Shown in pieces: positions 41,128 through 53,195 of a stretch of 64,000 bases of DNA. The notes under the pieces are model-generated. The model was given only the letters and a program-made list of their open reading frames with translations, made no database searches and was not told the origin of the DNA. Where the stretch lies: the NCBI GenBank assembly GCA_951406725.2, contig OX597819.1, positions 124,868,001-124,932,000 on the forward strand, given 5' to 3'. The translations under genes and the position numbers were made by a program. Source of the DNA: Octopus vulgaris (Eukaryota). The first letter of the stretch is position 1. Every line of letters begins with the position of its first letter.

Positions 41128-41204
<77 letters not shown>

Positions 41205-41572
41205 AATTGATTGCGATTCAGTTGAATTAAGTACTTAAGTTGAAGCACCAAATTAGTGCGGTATTATCCGTTCCACTCAAAGTAAGGTGACTAAAATCAA
41301 AATAAGCAATAGGGTGTTAAGAGGTGATGCAGCACGACTATTTAAAGCGGCTCCATTTAACTGAACAATGCAGCACGGAATTTTGTCAGTGAACAACAGA
41401 TCGCGGTCTCAAAGCGATGAAAATATTTTGGCGAATTGAATTTAAATGTTGAAATGAATCTAACAGCTTTTATGTATTTCATAAATGGCTTATAAACACC
41501 TTCAACGCTGCAATTGTTTTCATTCGGGCACACGATCTCAGATCAGGTCACTTGCTATGCAAGTACATCTCC

Positions 41573-41661
<89 letters not shown>

Positions 41662-42487
41662 TTGATCTTTTATGGGTTTCAGCAAGAGGCTGAGGCCATG
41701 CTGGTGCACCGCCTTACTGCATCCAGGGAGTTTTCAAGTATTGCTTCTGGTGAAGTAGCAAGCTGGACATTTCCGCTCTTCTTTGGGCATCCTACCGTGA
41801 TGTGGGTTCATCCAAATTTGCAGATAAAAAACTCTACATGTTTTTTGAAGACTTCCATATCTACACCTTGCATATCCCTGGTAGGGCATTAAAAAGTTGT
41901 GATCCCTTGAATCCCAAACTATTACAATATTAGGTCTGTATATATACATACATGAATATATATATATATATATATATATCAACTGACCAAGATTCCAAGC
42001 ACTTCCCAAACAAAATTAGAATACAATGCTGCACTATAGATGATATCATTTGGAGCCACAAGAGATTTAACTGAGCCAGGATTTGTGCAAAACTTTCAAG
42101 ATCCAAGGTCAGATTTATCACCGGATTGGCTCTCTACTATCTCTGTCAAATGAATCACCAAAATCGGCCTTTCATTGTTTATAATCTGTACCTGTATTTT
42201 GGTTACAAAATAAGCTACCCAAAACGTGATTTTGAATTAAATGTATTTACTTTATGCTCCAGCATGACCGCAGTCAAATGACTGAAACAAGTAAAAGAAT
42301 ATTAGCTGCAAACCTTCTTTTATCATTACACTTGACGTCTATGTTTCATGCTGGCATGGGTTGGTGAGTTATTAATGCAGAAAGTTGGTATTACAGCAAC
42401 TAGCAGTTGAGATCTGTGTAATCTAGACAACAATTTTAAATTTCATTATTCTCTTTAACCAGGGCAACACTGGGTATTTCTGCCGCC

Positions 42488-42684
42488 ATGATCGATCGTT
42501 AGCCACTACACACATTTTTTTCTTCCTTGTTTCTCTCCTTGCTTTTTTTTCTGTGTCTCTTTCTGTCGAAGAGCGTAGGCTCGAAACGTAAAAGACTTTT
42601 TCTATTCCTGAACGTGATGCTAATACATCTGTTTTTTTTTTTTGTACACCACCTGTCTTTGTCTCTTTTTTTTTCGTAAATTCT

Positions 42685-42688
<4 letters not shown>
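42488..42688 (+). mobile_element. Short HHR-bearing repeat family C
   Basis: TCTTT-CTGTCGA-A-GAGC GTAG GCTC-GAAA-CG-TA-AAAGA at 42558-42595; ends in (TA)n. Confidence 0.75.
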
Positions 42689-42774
<86 letters not shown>

Positions 42775-43214
42775 TAATAGTTATCGGCAAGTAAATATGG
42801 CAGTCCAGAAATATAGGACGAATGCTGCCGTTGATTAGCTCCAAGAGGCCATCGCCTCTAGCTGGCTTTGTGACACACAAACCTGTGTCCATTACAACCT
42901 TCGAACGGGGGAGGCCTTCAGTTACCCCATGCTGGTTCAGGCATCCACAGTAGTCTGTGGTATTTGCCCTTTGTCAATTTGGAGTAGTCGAACCCAGCAG
43001 GCGTCGCTGTTCATCGTCTGTTCGAAGGTTTATATATATTCAGTGGAACACATCCTATTTTTCTGGACTGCTATGTTAGCTTGGTGATAACTATTAATAC
43101 CCAGTCCCGCTGTCATAGTCTCCTTTAGAGAGATTTGAAATAATATTTCTATTTTTGAAAACCAGTGGATGTGTTCCACTGAATACATATAAACCTTCAA
43201 ACAGACGGTCATTT

Positions 43215-44210
43215 ATTGTAGATGTTTTCAAAAGGAGTCTGTATTTTGTGATAAAGAAAGACTCTTTACTAATTTGTTGGCTACAAGTTTATCGTCCCTG
43301 AATTGATAGAGGGGAAAAATTCTGAAGCTTGGATTTTTGTTATTGGTGTAAATGTCGATGTGTTAGCTGAATCCTATTTTTCTGTTTTTCAGAGTTTTGA
43401 TCTGGGATCTGTGCAGAGCCAACTTTTGGCGTAGACTGTTTTTTTGTTTGGCCTATATATTGCTCTTGACACCTAGTGCAGGTTAGTGTATATATCAGGT
43501 TCTCCGAAGTACTTGTGAAGCTGCTTTTCACTGTGAAACGTTGTCCCTGTTTGAAGCAGAACTCTGATCCCTCAATTAAATTGACGCATATCCCACAGTT
43601 GGGTCTTCCGCATTTTATTTACTGATGGCTTCAGTGTTGTTGTTGAGCGTATTCGGGATTGTGTTAGGGGACTTTTCATAGATTTGGGCTGTCTCTTGCT
43701 TTTTATTATGTTGTGTGCTTGGAGGATTAAGTTCATTCTGTGGTCCTTTTTTAGCCGGGAAATGTTTTGAAGGATGGTGTCGAAGGCTTCATTGTTAAGA
43801 GGGTTGTGTGTGGAGATGTATGGTAGGGCTTTTGGTTGTAAACCTTTTTTTAAAATTTGGGATGTCTGCGTTCGTGGATGTTGAGTTGTAGGGCACGTTG
43901 AAAGTATTTGTCAATTAGTGAAGGTGGGTAGTTCCTGGTGATGAGTGTATCCTTTAGTTCATGTAGTCGTGTGTCTCTAATGCTTGCATTAGAAACTATA
44001 GTACAGATCCTTTTCGCTAGTTTGAAGGGGATATTCCTTCTGGTGTGTCTGGGGCAGCATGAGTTGTACGGTAGATATTGCTTGGAGTCCGTGGGCTTAT
44101 AGTATATATCTGTTTCAATTACGTTGTTAAATTTCTTAATGAGGATGTCGAGGAAGGGAAGTTGTTGATGGCTATATTCCATTGGGAATTGAATGTTTAC
44201 ATCAAGTCTT
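43215..44210 (-). mobile_element. Penelope-like element remnant, Neptune-like
   Basis: LPFLDILIKK..ETDIYYKPTDSKQYLPYNSCCP; KCGRPNCGIC; NLIYTLTCTRCQEQYIGQT; frameshifts. Confidence 0.9.
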
Positions 44211-44369
44211 GAAATTCTTTAAGTCTCTCTACACTATATATACATACATACATATATATATATATATATTTTTTTTTTCTCTAGTTTCAGCTCAGAGCTG
44301 CGGCCATGCTGATGCACCGCCGTTATATATATATACACACACACTATATCAGGTTCTCTGAAGTACTTG

Positions 44370-44900
44370 TAATATTATTTCTTCATTTAATAAGTTTAAA
44401 TTAAATAAATTCTACAAAAATAAATTAAATATTGATTCCAGTAATAATAAAGACCAAGATATAATTTATTGTACATGTAGGGATAAGACTACATGTAATT
44501 TTAATAATAATTGTAATTTAGATAATGTAGTCTATAAGTGTATGATAAGAATTTGAATTATCACAATTTAAACGCTATTTATATAGGGTCTACTTCGAAT
44601 AAAATTAAGTTAAGAGTAGCTCAACATATGTATTCTTTTAGGAATAAAAATCTAATAAATTCAACAGGTCTCAATAAATATATTTGGGACCTTAAAACTA
44701 GATCTGTTAAATATAAATTAACTTGGGAGCCTATTTGTAGGGCAAAATCGTATTGTATAGGGAGTAATTCTTGTTCATTGTGTAATAATAAATTCAAAGA
44801 AATATTATTTAATAATAATTATGTGTTAATAAATTTTCTTAGATGAACGTAAAATTAAATGTAAACATAAGTTCAATTACCTATATAATAGGTTTAGCTA
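44370..44900 (+). mobile_element. Very AT-rich PLE GIY-YIG remnant
   Basis: CTCRDKTTCNFNNNCNLDNVVYKC, then IYIGSTSNKIKLRVAQHMYSF..IWDLK..CSLC. Confidence 0.85.
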
Positions 44901-44934
44901 ATAAATAAATGATTATATAAATTTATTAAGATAT

Positions 44935-45097
44935 TGGCGTAGGAGTGGCTATGTGGTAAGCAGCTTGCTCACGAACCACATTGTTCCGGGTTCAGTCCCA
45001 CTGTGTGGCACCTTGGGCAAGTGTCTTCTACTATAGCCTCGGGCTATAGTAGAAGTGAGTGGATTTGGTAGATGGAAACTGAAAGAAGCCCGTCGTA

Positions 45098-45133
<36 letters not shown>

Positions 45134-45387
45134 TGTATGTATGTATGTATGTATGTATGCGTGTGTGTATATGTTTGCGTGTCTGTGTTTGTCCCCCCAA
45201 CATCGCTTGACAACCGGGGCTGGTGTGTTTACGTCCCCGTAACTTAGCGGTTCGGCAAACGAGACCGATAGAATAAGTACTAGGCTTACAAAAAATAAGT
45301 CCTGGGGGGTCGATTTGCTCGACTAAAGGCGGTACTCCAGCATGGCCACAAACAAATGACTGAAACAAGTAAAAGAGTAAAGAGAGT
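44935..45387 (+). mobile_element. SINE family A
   Basis: Full-length copy. Confidence 0.9.
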
Positions 45388-46129
45388 ATATATTAATTAT
45401 AGTAATATAAATTAATTTAAATATAATATATATATTTTACTTAATTATTATTTGGACTTTAGATTTATAGTAAATAGTCAGTTAAAATTAAATGCTAACA
45501 TAAATTTATTTACCTATATGATACGTTTAGCTAATTTTTTCCGTATGTGTAAAACTTTATTTCTTTTTATGTCACTTATTTCTTGTAGATATAATTTAGT
45601 AGATATGATATTATTATATGTTATATTAATATATTTGAATAATTTTAAACTTAGATATTTCTTAATATATAAATGATTATGTATAATTTTATTAAGATCT
45701 ATTAGTTATAGTAATATGAATTAATTTAATATTATATGTATATTTTACGTAATAATTATTTGGAATTTAATTTATAGTAAATAGTCATTTATAGTTATTT
45801 TGTTATTCTATTTTTCTTTAATTCTTGAAGCTTAAATATTTTTCGTCTTTTTCATTAATAAATATATTTCGTCATTTCATTGATAATTTTATTCTATCTT
45901 TTTACACAACGTCTTCACGGGTTTAATTTCTTATAAACGCTAAGACCTACATATTTACGTTTAAAATTCAATTATATAATATTCATCGACGAGATAGTTA
46001 ACGTTTATTATTTAACATTATTAACTTTTGAATTGCATTATGTTTGATTATTATTATTATTGTTATTAAAATATTAATTTATAATTTCTTGATAATTGTT
46101 AGTTACGATATGTATATCTATTTATTAAC

Positions 46130-46270
46130 ACCGACAAAAGCATAACAGTCACAATTGAGGCCAATGAAAGAAATTTGTGTAATCTAAGAATTAAGGAAGC
46201 TATCCTCATAGACAGACTAGGGCCCCAAATTAACAACAGGCCGGAGGTTGGCGATCAATATATTATTTAG
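46130..46270 (+). mobile_element. PLE GIY-YIG extreme C-terminal fragment
   Basis: EANERNLCNLRIKEAILIDRLGPQINNR, matching the R.IKEAI.I...P.LN pattern. Confidence 0.55.
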
Positions 46271-46559
46271 CTACATCTGGATGCATGTAGGTTCATGTTT
46301 GATAACATTCTCATGTATTATTTAAAAAAAGAAAGAGGGGGAAAAAAGAAACTGCCCGTTTAATACATAACTTAGAAGCAGCGCTGTGGATGTGCCAACA
46401 CATACGAGCTTGAGACATGGTCGCCCTCACGCACTTCTCATGAGGGAATTCCGGAAAGAGCTTCGTGAGACCACTGCAGAGAGGCTTCCGGAAAAAATTT
46501 TCAGTAATCGTTGGAAAACCGATTGTAGCAGTGACTCGAACAATTCCTAGTGATATCTG

Positions 46560-47200
46560 AAGAAGGAATTTTTGTATTCCCTAAAGAATGCAATGGTGTG
46601 TTAGGTAACAAACCGATTATATAACTTTATGTAGCTGTTATAGAAGGAAATACGATGACTACCAACAGTACATCTACTGACTATAACAGCATCGACAACA
46701 ATGACAGTGGCAATGGAGGTGTCAACAGCAGTGCTTCAAGCAGCAGCGACAACTATACCATCAGTTACACCAGCAACAGCAGAACAACCAGAATCACGTC
46801 CAAGAATATCAGCACCGGCAGCAATCCCAGCAACAACAGACCTGGAGTTAATGAAACAAGTATCAACAGTGAAGCACAGACACGATAATCGTCCCTGTTT
46901 AAGCAGTGTCTGAACAATCATAAGTCTTCTTTTAAAATACCAGAAAAGTGTAACATTACATCTCTGGCCAATCACATATGGTACTTAAAAGAGGAAGAAA
47001 CTCCATACATAATTAAATGGAAGCTCTTTGAACAACCAGGAGCTTATATAAATGGGAGCAAACGATGTATATTTTGCTTGGCTGAGAGGGCAAGAATCTT
47101 AAGAAACTCACTTTTTAAACTCCAGGAAAGAGGTATTCAGTCAATGTCCACATCTAAAATGCTTCCTACTTCAGGCTTGGAATCCCCCATTCATTGAATA
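46560..47200 (+). mobile_element. PLE GIY-YIG remnant with an Asn/Ser/Thr-rich insert
   Basis: LYVAVI, then an ~80-aa N/S/T tract, then FKQCLNNHKSSFK..TSLANHIWYLKEEETPYIIKWKLFEQPGAYINGSKRCIFCLAER. Confidence 0.8.
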
Positions 47201-47501
47201 GTCCTACAACAACTCCTTTGAATGTCACCATGACCGGATCCAATGTAAGAGGGTTAACCCCATCCTACAGCACAGATAATTATAATTTTTTTCAGAAAAC
47301 CAACTGACCGTGATATATCTCTCCCTCCAGTTATGTGCTTGCAGCCATTTGAGCCTGGCAAGTTACCCATACGGCCAAGTGCTTTATAGATGCAAAACCA
47401 ATGGTCACACTATGACTAGCCATAACTTTTTAACTTCCTAAAAAATATGTTACTGCTCCGATGTTTTAGTGTGCTTCTTTTTTGGATATATGAATTACTG
47501 A

Positions 47502-47544
<43 letters not shown>

Positions 47545-47580
47545 TAGATAGATAGATTCACACAAACACACACACACACA

Positions 47581-47633
<53 letters not shown>

Positions 47634-48002
47634 GTAGCAGGATCACCAAAAAGTACTCCATCCAGTGTGTGCTTTTTGTGGTCCAACTACCATCAAGGCT
47701 CAGTCTGAGTTATTTATCAATTGAGATTATTTTCATTTCATTTCAGGAACTTATTTGTATACCTGTTAATATATCTATCTACATATCTCTTGATATATCT
47801 GTAGACTCACCTACCTACCTACCTACCTATCTACCTACCTACCTACCTATCTACCTACCTACCTACCTATCTACCTACCTACCTACCTACCAATTGCTAC
47901 CTGAAGATTCATCCAACCCATAATAGCATGAAAAGAAATGAATGCAAAAATTGATTATGATGATCATGATGATGATGACGATATATATATATATATATAT
48001 AT

Positions 48003-48222
48003 AGCGAGAAGGTTTACGAAAATAAACAAAAGACGAAGGCAGGTGGAGTACAAACAAATAATGTATTAGTATGGTGCTCAGGAATAGAAATAAAACAAGT
48101 CTTTTACGCTTCGAGCCTATGCTCTTTGACAGAAAGATACACAGTAAAGAAACAAGGAGAGAAACAAGGAGAGAAAAAAAAAAGGAGAGAAAAAAAAATT
48201 GTGTGTAGGCGCTAACGGTCCA
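48003..48222 (-). mobile_element. Short HHR-bearing repeat family C
   Basis: Homologous copy embedded in (TA)n; motif CTGTCAA-A-GAGCATAGGCTC-GAAG-CG-TA at 48100-48137. Confidence 0.7.
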
Positions 48223-48309
48223 ATATATATATATATGCATGCACAAATTACTTTTGCAATTAATGACTTCCTAATTTTATCATTTTATTTTGGTCCTTGC
48301 TTATTGTAG

Positions 48310-48669
48310 AACATCCAATGTGAAGGCCTCCAGAATGACACAGAGTCAAAACGTGATGCTGCTTCTGTACAGAACCAACCTGAAAATATAAATAGTTGTG
48401 ATGGAGAATGGCAAGATGCAAGCAAAGATGAAAAGGAACAGAATGAGAAGGGTGATGAGGATAGTAAAGAAGAGGAGAGAGAAGTTAAAGAAAAAGACAG
48501 AGCAATGGAAGAGTGGTTCAGACAAAATGATGTACCAAAAGATGCAATACCACAACAGAAAAACCAGAACAATGACGACTGCCTTGCAGAAGCACAGATG
48601 ATACAGGCTACAGAAGAAGGTGATATTCTTGCAGAAGCACTCTTTCACACTGGGAATGACATTTATCTG
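48310..48669 (+). CDS. Internal exon (120 codons, acidic/charged) of an unrecognised host gene
   Basis: Pyrimidine-rich acceptor TTGTAG|, open frame NIQCEGLQND...GNDIYL, donor CTG|GTAATT; phase 0-0. Confidence 0.7.
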
Positions 48670-48695
48670 GTAATTTTCTATTATTTCATTTACTT

Positions 48696-48746
<51 letters not shown>

Positions 48747-48968
48747 TAAGCATGTATTTTCGTGGTTGAAACCTTTTGGATTAACTGGTGCTAGAGTGAG
48801 CAATATAGTGACCACTCTCTTATATATATATATATTATATTTATTTTGTAAAAATATTATAATATGTTATAAAATATTATAATAATCCAGGTTTCTCAAA
48901 GCACTAGGCCACTTGGTGTTGAATAAATATACTATTAAATTAGTATCTAATTCTCTCACCCTTATTAA

Positions 48969-49006
<38 letters not shown>

Positions 49007-49007
49007 C

Positions 49008-49628
49008 AAATAATAAGGGTGAAAATTAAATATTAAATTGATTAATATCAATTTAAAACCAGTGGTCTAGCATTTTGAAAAACCTGAAGATTCAGAAAAA
49101 TTATATTACATACATATAAGAGGGATGACCAATAAGTGGACATCCATTATGCTAGAAGTAGACCCCCTATGGTTTTACCACTAAGAAAGGATTGTTCCCA
49201 AGAAAATTTAGCAAACGCCAGAATGTAAGCGAACAAGACAAATGAAAAGATACAAAATATAAAGATTAATCACAAACTCGGCTTCGTTGTTACCACTTAC
49301 GTAATTACTTACGTAATTGTCCGCAACTCATCAGTGTGATCGTCATAGCAAAATATAATTTGCAGAAATATACACGAGACGTCCGCATGAGATTGAACAT
49401 GTATACAGTTCTACCAATTACATTTGGGGTTATCTTTCAAAAGTATTCATTTTGGCACGCCAAAATACTGGAAATAATTCTGCAGCAGTGAATTTTGCTG
49501 GTTAGAGGACATAGTTATTTAAATTTAAATTTAAAATAATAAAGGTAAAAAATCGAATATTAATTTGATTAATATCAATTTAAAACCAGTGGTTTTAAAT
49601 TCTGATTCTTCAGATTTTTCAGTATGCT
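49008..49628 (-). mobile_element. pLTR-like unit with terminal direct repeat and HHR-like motif
   Basis: 49008-49066 is repeated at 49534-49593; ATCACA-CTGATGA-GTTG..CAAC-GAAG-CCGAG-TT-TGTGAT on the minus strand at 49269-49340. Confidence 0.6.
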
Positions 49629-50023
49629 AAATACATATGATTTGGGAGGATATGGGGGAGTTGAAAATGACTGATAATGCAAGAAAAGTGTGGGGCAGAG
49701 CAGAAGAATAGTAATAATGGTACAATAGAGAGAGAGAGCGGGGAGGGAGAATAATATGTAGTTGAGAGTGATCAATACAAAATGTGGGTATAGAACACAG
49801 TATTAAGAATGAATGATGAATAACAACTAACAACTGGAATGATTCTGGATACTAAGAAGGAAAAGTGTTACCAGGGAAAAGCTAATGAAGTATGCAGTTC
49901 TCTCATTTCATTGAGAAGGAAATTGGGTGGAGAGGCAGTTGTGTGTGTGCATGTGTGTGTACATACATACATACATACATACACACACATAAATATAAAT
50001 ATTAATATATTATATATACATAT

Positions 50024-50420
50024 ACTCTTTTACTCTTTTACTTGTTTCAGTCATTTGACTGTGGCCATGCTGGAGCACCGCCTTTAATTGAGCAACTCGA
50101 CCCCAGGACTTATTCTTTTATAAGCCCAGTACTTATTCTATCGGTCCGAACCGCTAAGTAACGGGGACATAAACACACCAGCATCGGTTGTCAAGCAATG
50201 CTAGGGGGACAAACACAGACACACAAACACACACACACATATATATATACATATATACAACAGGCTTCTTTCAGTTTCCATCTACCAAATCCACTCACAA
50301 GGTTTTGGTCGGCTTGAGGCTATAGTAGAAGACACTTGCCCAAGGTGCCACGCAATGGGACTGAACCCGGAACCATGTGGTTGGTAAACAAGCTACTTAC
50401 CACACAGCCACTCCTGCGCC
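50024..50420 (-). mobile_element. SINE family A
   Basis: Full-length reverse-complement copy. Confidence 0.9.
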
Positions 50421-50429
50421 TATATATAC

Positions 50430-50497
<68 letters not shown>

Positions 50498-50639
50498 GTA
50501 AAAACGGTAAGATAACAAAAGAAAGAAAGAGACCCCAATATTATGTAAATGTTATTTTAAATTTTGCGCATGTGCATTGTTTGTATTTGATTTTGTTGAC
50601 TACACTGTATGGTAGGGTCAGTTGGGCACCGTCTGTAAG

Positions 50640-51220
50640 AAAAACAGCATCACAGCACAATTCACTCTGTCAGAAATTTGGAAACATGCCGTACTGCTTG
50701 GAATTCCTGCCGGAAGCTCTAATATGAATATTTCAGACTGTTTGGGTGTCAACGTGAGAACAATGCAATCTAAGGACATGTACTTAGAGTGATAAAAATC
50801 AAACATCCAGTCAATATCATTGTGTTTGGAGTGATCAATAGTGATGGCAACGTCATGCTTCCATTCATCTTCCTACAGGGTCTCAGACTCAACACGGGCC
50901 TACATTAAGTGCCGGGAGTAGGTAGTGCTGCCCTGGGTCAAGAGGGTGGCTGCTGGAAGACTCTATGTCTGGCAACAGGACTCTGCAGCCACATTGCTCC
51001 TAACATCTGGCCACATAACTCTCCAGCCTGTAACCCCCTTGATTATTATGTGTGGGGCACAGTTGAGCAAGAGACCAACAAAACTCCTCGTAATACCAAA
51101 GAAGGCAAGGGTTCGGGCAGCATTCACCAACTTAAACAAGGAGACTGTCCAGAAGAGTTGCAAGAGATTCTAAAGTCGTCAGGAGACCATGGTTGAAGAC
51201 AATGGTGATCTTATTGAATA
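50640..51220 (+). mobile_element. Tc1/mariner (maT/DD37D-like) transposase remnant
   Basis: IIVFGVINSDG, YVWQQDSA, WPHNSPACNPLDYYVWG, CKRF*SR..VEDNGDLIE. Confidence 0.85.
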
Positions 51221-51576
51221 AATTTACTTGTTAGTATTTCAAGATATTTTTATGTAACTATGGTAATTATATCTGTTAAAATGAGATGACAGTGTTATAT
51301 TCATTTTTGCATGTTATTTTCATTTCAGGCACAGGTGTGAATAACATTGGGGTTGATAAATTAAGTACCAGTTGTGTACTGGGGTTGATCTAATCGATTG
51401 GACCCCTCCCCCAAAATTTCGGGTCTAGAGTGGAAAAGAATTGAGTTCCATTACACAGGCGAGGTGGTTCAAGATTCCTAAGCAGCATAATAAGGGCACC
51501 CAACTTTAGTGTCAAGATTATAAGGTGGCATCCCAGTGGGTTTAAGTTTGTTTAGAAATCCAACAGAGTATTGAAC

Positions 51577-51690
51577 ACATTATTTACATTATTTACATTT
51601 GACGGATATTTGTCCTCATCTTGTTTGTTGTTAACCCAACAAACAAGATGAGGACAAATATCCATCAAATGTAAATTATGTGAATAATGT
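51577..51690. repeat. Long hairpin: 54-bp arms, 6-nt loop
   Basis: 51577-51630 is the reverse complement of 51637-51690 with 3 mismatches. Confidence 0.92.
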
Positions 51691-51957
51691 ACACAATTCC
51701 TCATCTCTTAAATATAGAACAGGGCATTGAACTGCCTGATCTTGATCAACTGTGGTGTCAATTGAACGAAGAGTCAGTCCATGATTGAGTTTATCAACTA
51801 CTTCATTAGATGCAGCGAGTATAGCCCTTTCACATAGCCAGTTTACATCAGACACACATATACACTCTCACATGCATATACTAAGATAGACACACACAGA
51901 CATACATTCACGCACACCTCAGGGTAACACACACACACATTCTCTCTCTCTCTGAAT

Positions 51958-52187
51958 ATCTATTTCTTTACTACCCACAAGGGGCTAAACACAGAGAGGA
52001 CAAACACGGAGGGGACAAACAGATTAAGTCGATTACATCGACCCCAGTGCGTAACTGGTACTTAATTTATCGACCCCGAAAGGATGAAAGGCAAAGTCGA
52101 CCTCGGTGGAATTTGAACTCACAACGTAATGGCAGATGAAATACTGCTCAGCATTTCGCCCGACGTGCTAACGTTTCTGCCAGCTCT
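51958..52187 (-). mobile_element. SINE family B monomer
   Basis: Family identity. Confidence 0.85.
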
Positions 52188-52263
52188 CTAAATATCTAAC
52201 ACTTTAATTGTATCTCTCTGTATAATGGCCTATCTCTCTCCCTTTGTGTGTGTCTCTCTTTAG

Positions 52264-52306
<43 letters not shown>

Positions 52307-53195
52307 TGTCATCACAAAAATGTATGTATATTCACACACACATACACTTTCACGTACACACACACATACTTGTCCGAAATCACATATGTATATGTTTGTG
52401 TAGATGTGTGTGTGTGTGTGCTAAATTCTCTGAGGCCTAAGGTAATTAACGAATGTGCAAACACACAAACACTCATAGACACATGCACACACATATATAC
52501 ATATGTGATGTTGTTGTCGTGGTGGTGGTATAAAATGTCTTTTACTTATAGTTGGCTATAGAAAGATTATTTTAGATAAAATGTTATATTGTTTTAATCC
52601 AAATGAAAATAAAAATTACATGACACTTTTTACCTTGTAAAATTTGATTTGATTTGGTCGAACCATTTGGGAATGCATAAGAAACAAACAGACAGATATA
52701 CAAAGAATTTTTACATATAAAGAGATAATATGGTTAGTATAGCTCTCTCTCTCTCTCTCTCCTCAGCACCTCCATCAAATCTTTAGACCAAGCCTGTCTC
52801 TGTCACACACAAAGTTAAATGGTTCTCACACAAACACATGGCTAGACTGCCAAAATGTCAGCCAGTGGATAGATGTTAAAGGTTAAATATTTGCTGCAAT
52901 AAACACACATCTCTTCAGGAATTAGCTTGGCAAGTCAACACAATTTTCGTCACCTCACTAACTACACTACTCTCCTCACCCTGACCATTACAATTAACTA
53001 AGTTTTATTTTTTTTCATTTCATTTGGTTTATAAGGACACCACATCAGTCAAAATCTGGAGTGTTCTTAATCACCTCTTTAACTTTAAATATGATGCTGT
53101 ACTGCAGAATCCAACCCTTCAGCACTTCGTTAATTAATGACTCTTGGAGGTTCCTTTGGAATTTTGTTTCAGACAATTTATTCATTTAGTTGATA

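Larger units (their letters stand above)
37541..41130 (-). mobile_element. 5'-truncated Penelope-like element with inverted pLTR
   Basis: Frameshifted ORF 40763-39832 (YYPYHKPNESLRYIDINSNHP; CNCPDKTTCPLNNNCLQRDLVY..SYIGMTSNSFKTRW); microsatellite-rich 3' region; 37541-37846 is the reverse complement of 40758-41063. Confidence 0.92.

Noticed and set aside
43010-43212. SECIS element (ATGA..TGA flanking a stem), as in selenoprotein-encoding Naiad PLEs
   Set aside because: The stem is far too long, the quartet is offset, and no in-frame TGA was seen at the Cys positions of the adjacent linker and endonuclease
47300-47410. HHR remnant 3' of the 46.6-kb PLE (AAAACCAATGGTC)
   Set aside because: The core is too degenerate to support
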